From an uncultured virus (IMG/VR IMGVR_UViG_3300013382_000005) (taxonomy: Duplodnaviria > Heunggongvirae > Uroviricota > Caudoviricetes): a stretch of DNA of 64,000 nucleotides. The stretch lies in IMG/VR virus record IMGVR_UViG_3300013382_000005, one strand, 5' to 3'. Position 1 is the stretch's first letter. Each line of letters begins with the position of its first letter. Of the stretch, positions 60,689-64,000 are shown piece by piece. The notes under the pieces were generated by a model. That model was given only the letters and a program-made list of their open reading frames with translations, had not been told where the DNA came from and did not search any database. Both the position numbers and the translations under genes were made by a program.

Positions 60689-61280
60689 TATTGATAACCT
60701 TTTTCTCATATTGATTATTATGAAGTCTACTATTCGATTTAATAGTAATATTGCTAATATTTTTATGTTCTTTTATATTAGCAATCTTTTTTAATTCATT
60801 CCATGTCTTGGTTTTGAATAGTCTTATTAGTGTTGTAGACGATGGCGAATCTTTCTTACGTCTTTTATCATAATCATTTCTAGAAGTGGCATTAAGCATA
60901 TCCATTTCTTTCGCAAAAACTGTAAGCAACTCTTCTTTATCTGCTTTTTGATATATTGCATATGGAGAATATCCATCAGGCTGAGAAAAATATTTATTTA
61001 TAAAATCACGCACTGACATTTTAAAATGGCGCTTAATATTATTAGATGCAGGCATTTTTTCATTTTTAAAATCTGTATTGCGCAAATAACTACGACCGTT
61101 ATCCTTACAATACTGATTACAAGCGTCTAAAATTTTCTTTTGATTCCATCCAATGTCTGGTAATGCATCTATACATTCAGTTAATTTTTGTATAGCGTTT
61201 ATTGCTTCTTGATCATTCTTACTGCAATTGTTTTTTATGATTTGTATAGCATATAACATTGCATCTTTTCTCGTCATCAT
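60681..61280 (-). CDS. Putative DNA-binding protein with two homing-endonuclease-associated-repeat-like units
   Basis: WNQKKILDAC..Y...NGR...MPASNNIKRHF and KEELL..F...Y....PSSTTLIRLF..TWNELK; GGGAG RBS; no nuclease motif seen. Confidence 0.5.
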   Translation of the reverse strand: MMTRKDAMLYAIQIIKNNCSKNDQEAINAIQKLTECIDALPDIGWNQKKILDACNQYCKDNGRSYLRNTDFKNEKMPASNNIKRHFKMSVRDFINKYFSQPDGYSPYAIYQKADKEELLTVFAKEMDMLNATSRNDYDKRRKKDSPSSTTLIRLFKTKTWNELKKIANIKEHKNISNITIKSNSRLHNNQYEKKVINRK

Positions 61281-61305
61281 AGCGAAAAATCAATCTCCCA
61301 TTGAC

Positions 61306-61351
61306 TTTTCAACTATGTACGTTCATCCCGATGAACGTACATAGTTGAAAA
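61306..61351. other. Perfect 46-bp palindrome, candidate attP/recombination site
   Basis: TTTTCAACTATGTACGTTCATC-CC-GATGAACGTACATAGTTGAAAA, directly abutting the recombinase stop codon. Confidence 0.6.
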
Positions 61352-62773
61352 TTAAAAGTTGTATTCAATTTTAACAGAATCATCTGTAATCATGATAGCC
61401 TTTATTAGTGCTTTTAATGTAATTCGTCTCTCATCCATAGTCATATTTGGCCACATACTCTCTAGATTCTCAAGTTCGTTTCTTTTACGCATTCTTTCGT
61501 CAGAAAGCAATACTAGAGTTTTCTCATCTTCTATCTGTTTTTGTAAATTGTCTTTTTCTTGTTTTAAGCTTTTAATTTTTGCTAATAGTGTATCATCGTC
61601 ATCACCATTAGATTCTGAAAAAAGGACATATAGACGTTCTAGCTTTTTATTACATTCTGAGAGTCTTGATTCTAATGCTGATGCTGTAGAAGATATTCCA
61701 CTAGCCTGTTCTTCATTATGAATAATATTTGCAGTTATTTTAAAAATGTCATTTATTACAATATCTTCTATTGTCTTTGCCTCAATTGCTTTATTGTCAC
61801 AATTTTTATCCTTGATTAAATAGTCTCTTCCAGTTGAAACACGGGAATAGCAAATTAATTTTATTACATTTCCCCATTTCATATAACGCATTTTTGCTCC
61901 GCATTTGCCACATACTAAAAGCCCAGTTAAAAGATAATTTGATCCTATCTGACTTTTACCAGATCGTTCTTGCATCGCAAGCATAGCCTTATCATAAATT
62001 TCTTTTGAGATTATTGGTTCATGCCTGCCTTGATACTCTTTACCTTTATATATAATAACTCCAGTGTTACTTTTCCGTTTTAGTATCTGTGATACAAGGC
62101 GGTCATATTTTAAGTTAAATATATTAGCTATTCTTTGCATAGAATAGCCCTTCAGATAAAGATTATATATTTGCTCTACTGTCTCGGCATCTTTATTTTT
62201 AACTAATATGCCCTGATTTTGATCATAGTCGTACCCAAATGGTACTATTCCTCCTCCCATCCAGTATCCATCCTCAACTCGTTTTTGCATACCATTACGA
62301 GTTCTTTCATAAATATTCTCACGTTCAAGTTGCGCAAAGACAGAAAGGATCCCTATTACTGCTCTGCCGAAAGGCGTAGCAGTATTAAAACTTTCACTAA
62401 TAGAAATGAAAGCAATTCCATTAGGAATAAAAATATCTTCTATTAAATGAAGTGTGTCTTTCTGCGACCTACTTAATCTATCTAATTTATATACAATCAC
62501 ATGGGTTATATCATGCTTCTCTGCATCAAGAATCATTTTTTGCATTTGTGGACGCTCTAAGGATCCTCCAGAATATCCGTCATCTATATAATATTCTATA
62601 CTTTCTGGAGTTGTCGGCATTGATTTTGCATATGCAGTCAGTTTTTCTTTTTGAAAATCAATGGAATATCCTTCTTCTGCTTGTGCATCTGTAGACACAC
62701 GAGCATATAATGCCAACTTGATATGGTCACCATTGTTTTCCTGGTCGATTTTTATCATTTTGCTTCTTTTCAT
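61352..62773 (-). CDS. Large serine recombinase (integrase family)
   Basis: YARVST catalytic Ser, DDGYSG..RP, KLDRLSR, PFGY, zinc ribbon (CGKCG) and coiled coil; GGAAGGGA RBS favours ATG 62773. Confidence 0.95.
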   Translation of the reverse strand: MKRSKMIKIDQENNGDHIKLALYARVSTDAQAEEGYSIDFQKEKLTAYAKSMPTTPESIEYYIDDGYSGGSLERPQMQKMILDAEKHDITHVIVYKLDRLSRSQKDTLHLIEDIFIPNGIAFISISESFNTATPFGRAVIGILSVFAQLERENIYERTRNGMQKRVEDGYWMGGGIVPFGYDYDQNQGILVKNKDAETVEQIYNLYLKGYSMQRIANIFNLKYDRLVSQILKRKSNTGVIIYKGKEYQGRHEPIISKEIYDKAMLAMQERSGKSQIGSNYLLTGLLVCGKCGAKMRYMKWGNVIKLICYSRVSTGRDYLIKDKNCDNKAIEAKTIEDIVINDIFKITANIIHNEEQASGISSTASALESRLSECNKKLERLYVLFSESNGDDDDTLLAKIKSLKQEKDNLQKQIEDEKTLVLLSDERMRKRNELENLESMWPNMTMDERRITLKALIKAIMITDDSVKIEYNF

Positions 62774-62848
62774 AGATTTCAATCCCTTCCAATGTATATC
62801 AATAAAGTAAAACTATGCCGCAATATAGTCATGAAAATACATGATTAT

Positions 62849-62877
62849 ATTATAGCATAGTTTTTGTGTATAGTCAA
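62849..62877 (-). promoter_or_regulatory. SigA-type promoter for the recombinase, overlapped by an inverted repeat
   Basis: Minus strand reads TTGACT-17 nt-TATAAT; lies partly within an imperfect palindrome at 62809-62864. Confidence 0.75.
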
Positions 62878-62883
62878 TACATA

Positions 62884-63063
62884 TTATGAAACTTTTATAT
62901 TATTTCCATTTCTTCCATACTTTACTCCAAGCATAACATTTTTTAATTGCTCGTTGCTTTGTAAATGAGTGTTTGCATATTCTATTAAATCATTTAGCTC
63001 GACTTGTTTCCCATTTAAAAAACGCGTTATAGTAATATTCGATTTGCTCTCATTATTATTCAT
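62884..63063 (-). CDS. 59-aa hypothetical protein upstream of the recombinase (not in the ORF track)
   Basis: AGAGGA RBS; MNNNESKSNITITRFLNGKQVELNDLIEYANTHLQSNEQLKNVMLGVKYGRNGNNIKVS. Confidence 0.6.
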   Translation of the reverse strand: MNNNESKSNITITRFLNGKQVELNDLIEYANTHLQSNEQLKNVMLGVKYGRNGNNIKVS

Positions 63064-63245
63064 TCTTTTATCCTCTTTTATATTTTAGTTTTATATATCT
63101 ATTATAACCATTACTTTATCAGCTATTCGCTGAATCGATACAACCAAAAACGTTACAAAATATTCATCACCTTCTTAAATGTATATTGTATATTAAATCA
63201 CTCGCTTTTATATTATTCATTAAGTTATCAATCGTTTATAGTTAT

Positions 63246-63256
63246 AGTAATATATT
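63246..63256 (+). promoter_or_regulatory. Putative late-promoter motif AGTAATATATT
   Basis: Recurring motif upstream of 63306. Confidence 0.45.
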
Positions 63257-63305
63257 TCTTAGAAAAATAACTTTCAAACTTTCAATATAGAAAGGATTTT
63301 ATAAA

Positions 63306-64000
63306 ATGGCTGAAAAGAAAACTATAGATCTTGACCAGCTTAAGACTATACTAGAACAAGTAGTATCATATATAGATAGTAAAGCCAGTGACTCTGGTTC
63401 TGTATATAGTGCAAATACTACTGTTGCTGCTGACAATACTTCTACTATAGTATGTCCATTAACAGAACCATTAAATGAATCTAGTCTTATATATCAAAAT
63501 GGTATTTTAATTTCGAGCGGTACACATTATACATTAAGCGCAGATAAGAAATCAATCAGTCTTGTAGGATATACTGCGCAAAAAGATGATATATTTACTT
63601 TTATAACTAAATCTACTGGAGTAGATATAAAACTTAATGCCACTGCCTCTAACGTTACAATTCAAAATAAAAACTCATATTTTGATGGAGCAACAGATGT
63701 AGAGTCTGCATTAAATTCAATAGGCGGTAAATTAAATGGTGGAGTAGTTTCAAGTGTTAAAGTAAATGGAACAGCAGTTACTCCTGATTCAAGCGGCGCA
63801 GTAGATATTCCTTCTCCTACGATTAAACTAAATGGTACCGCTATAACTCCTTCTACAGATGGTACAGTAAATATAAAGAATGTAGTAACTACTGCTGGTA
63901 CTGTTATGACTGGTAATCTTGTAGCTAAACCAGATAGCTCTGGCAACCATGTTAGAAACATAGCTGTATATTCAAGCACAGATGGTCTCCCTACTACTGG
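63306..64000 (+). CDS. 3'-truncated tail fibre/adaptor protein, paralogue of the 57777 gene
   Basis: AAAGGA RBS; MAEKKTIDLDQLKT...VYSANTTVAADNTS...IYQNGILI...YFDGATDVESAL aligns with the 57777 protein; open to the window end. Confidence 0.8.
   Translation, partial: MAEKKTIDLDQLKTILEQVVSYIDSKASDSGSVYSANTTVAADNTSTIVCPLTEPLNESSLIYQNGILISSGTHYTLSADKKSISLVGYTAQKDDIFTFITKSTGVDIKLNATASNVTIQNKNSYFDGATDVESALNSIGGKLNGGVVSSVKVNGTAVTPDSSGAVDIPSPTIKLNGTAITPSTDGTVNIKNVVTTAGTVMTGNLVAKPDSSGNHVRNIAVYSSTDGLPTT

Noticed and set aside
54794..64000. Invertase-driven tail-fibre shufflon
   Set aside because: All fibre genes are on the same strand, no repeated crossover sites were found in them, and the recombinase is of the large integrase type.
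1..64000. Alternative genetic code (stop-codon reassignment), tRNA or rRNA genes
   Set aside because: Genes are long and tightly packed under the standard code; no tRNA- or rRNA-like sequence was recognised by eye.

Overview
AT-rich (roughly 30% GC by eye) segment of a large contractile-tailed phage, probably infecting a Firmicute (SigA-type promoter, strong Shine-Dalgarno sites). It holds the virion morphogenesis module, almost all on the + strand. In order: head genes (prohead protease/scaffold, head protein, major capsid), neck, two sheath-like genes, three tail-tube paralogues, two chaperones, three giant proteins (2048, 2782 and 3061 aa), baseplate, and an array of tail-fibre/adaptor/receptor-binding cassettes. 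A minus-strand large serine recombinase island interrupts the fibre array. Most notable: (1) the main tail-tube gene is split by a ~395-nt ORF-less group I (IA2-like) intron that lacks a canonical U.G 5' splice site and has a T4 gene-60-like take-off hairpin with a matching landing codon; (2) the 2782-aa protein combines a DEDDh exonuclease with two-barrel RNA polymerase motifs, a candidate single-chain virion RNAP; (3) a perfect 22+2+22 bp palindrome abuts the recombinase stop codon and looks like an attP site; (4) a GC-rich LRR cassette is swapped in frame into an AT-rich fibre gene; (5) a recurring terminator + RGTAAT motif is a candidate late promoter. All functional calls come from motif recognition and synteny by eye; no searches were run.
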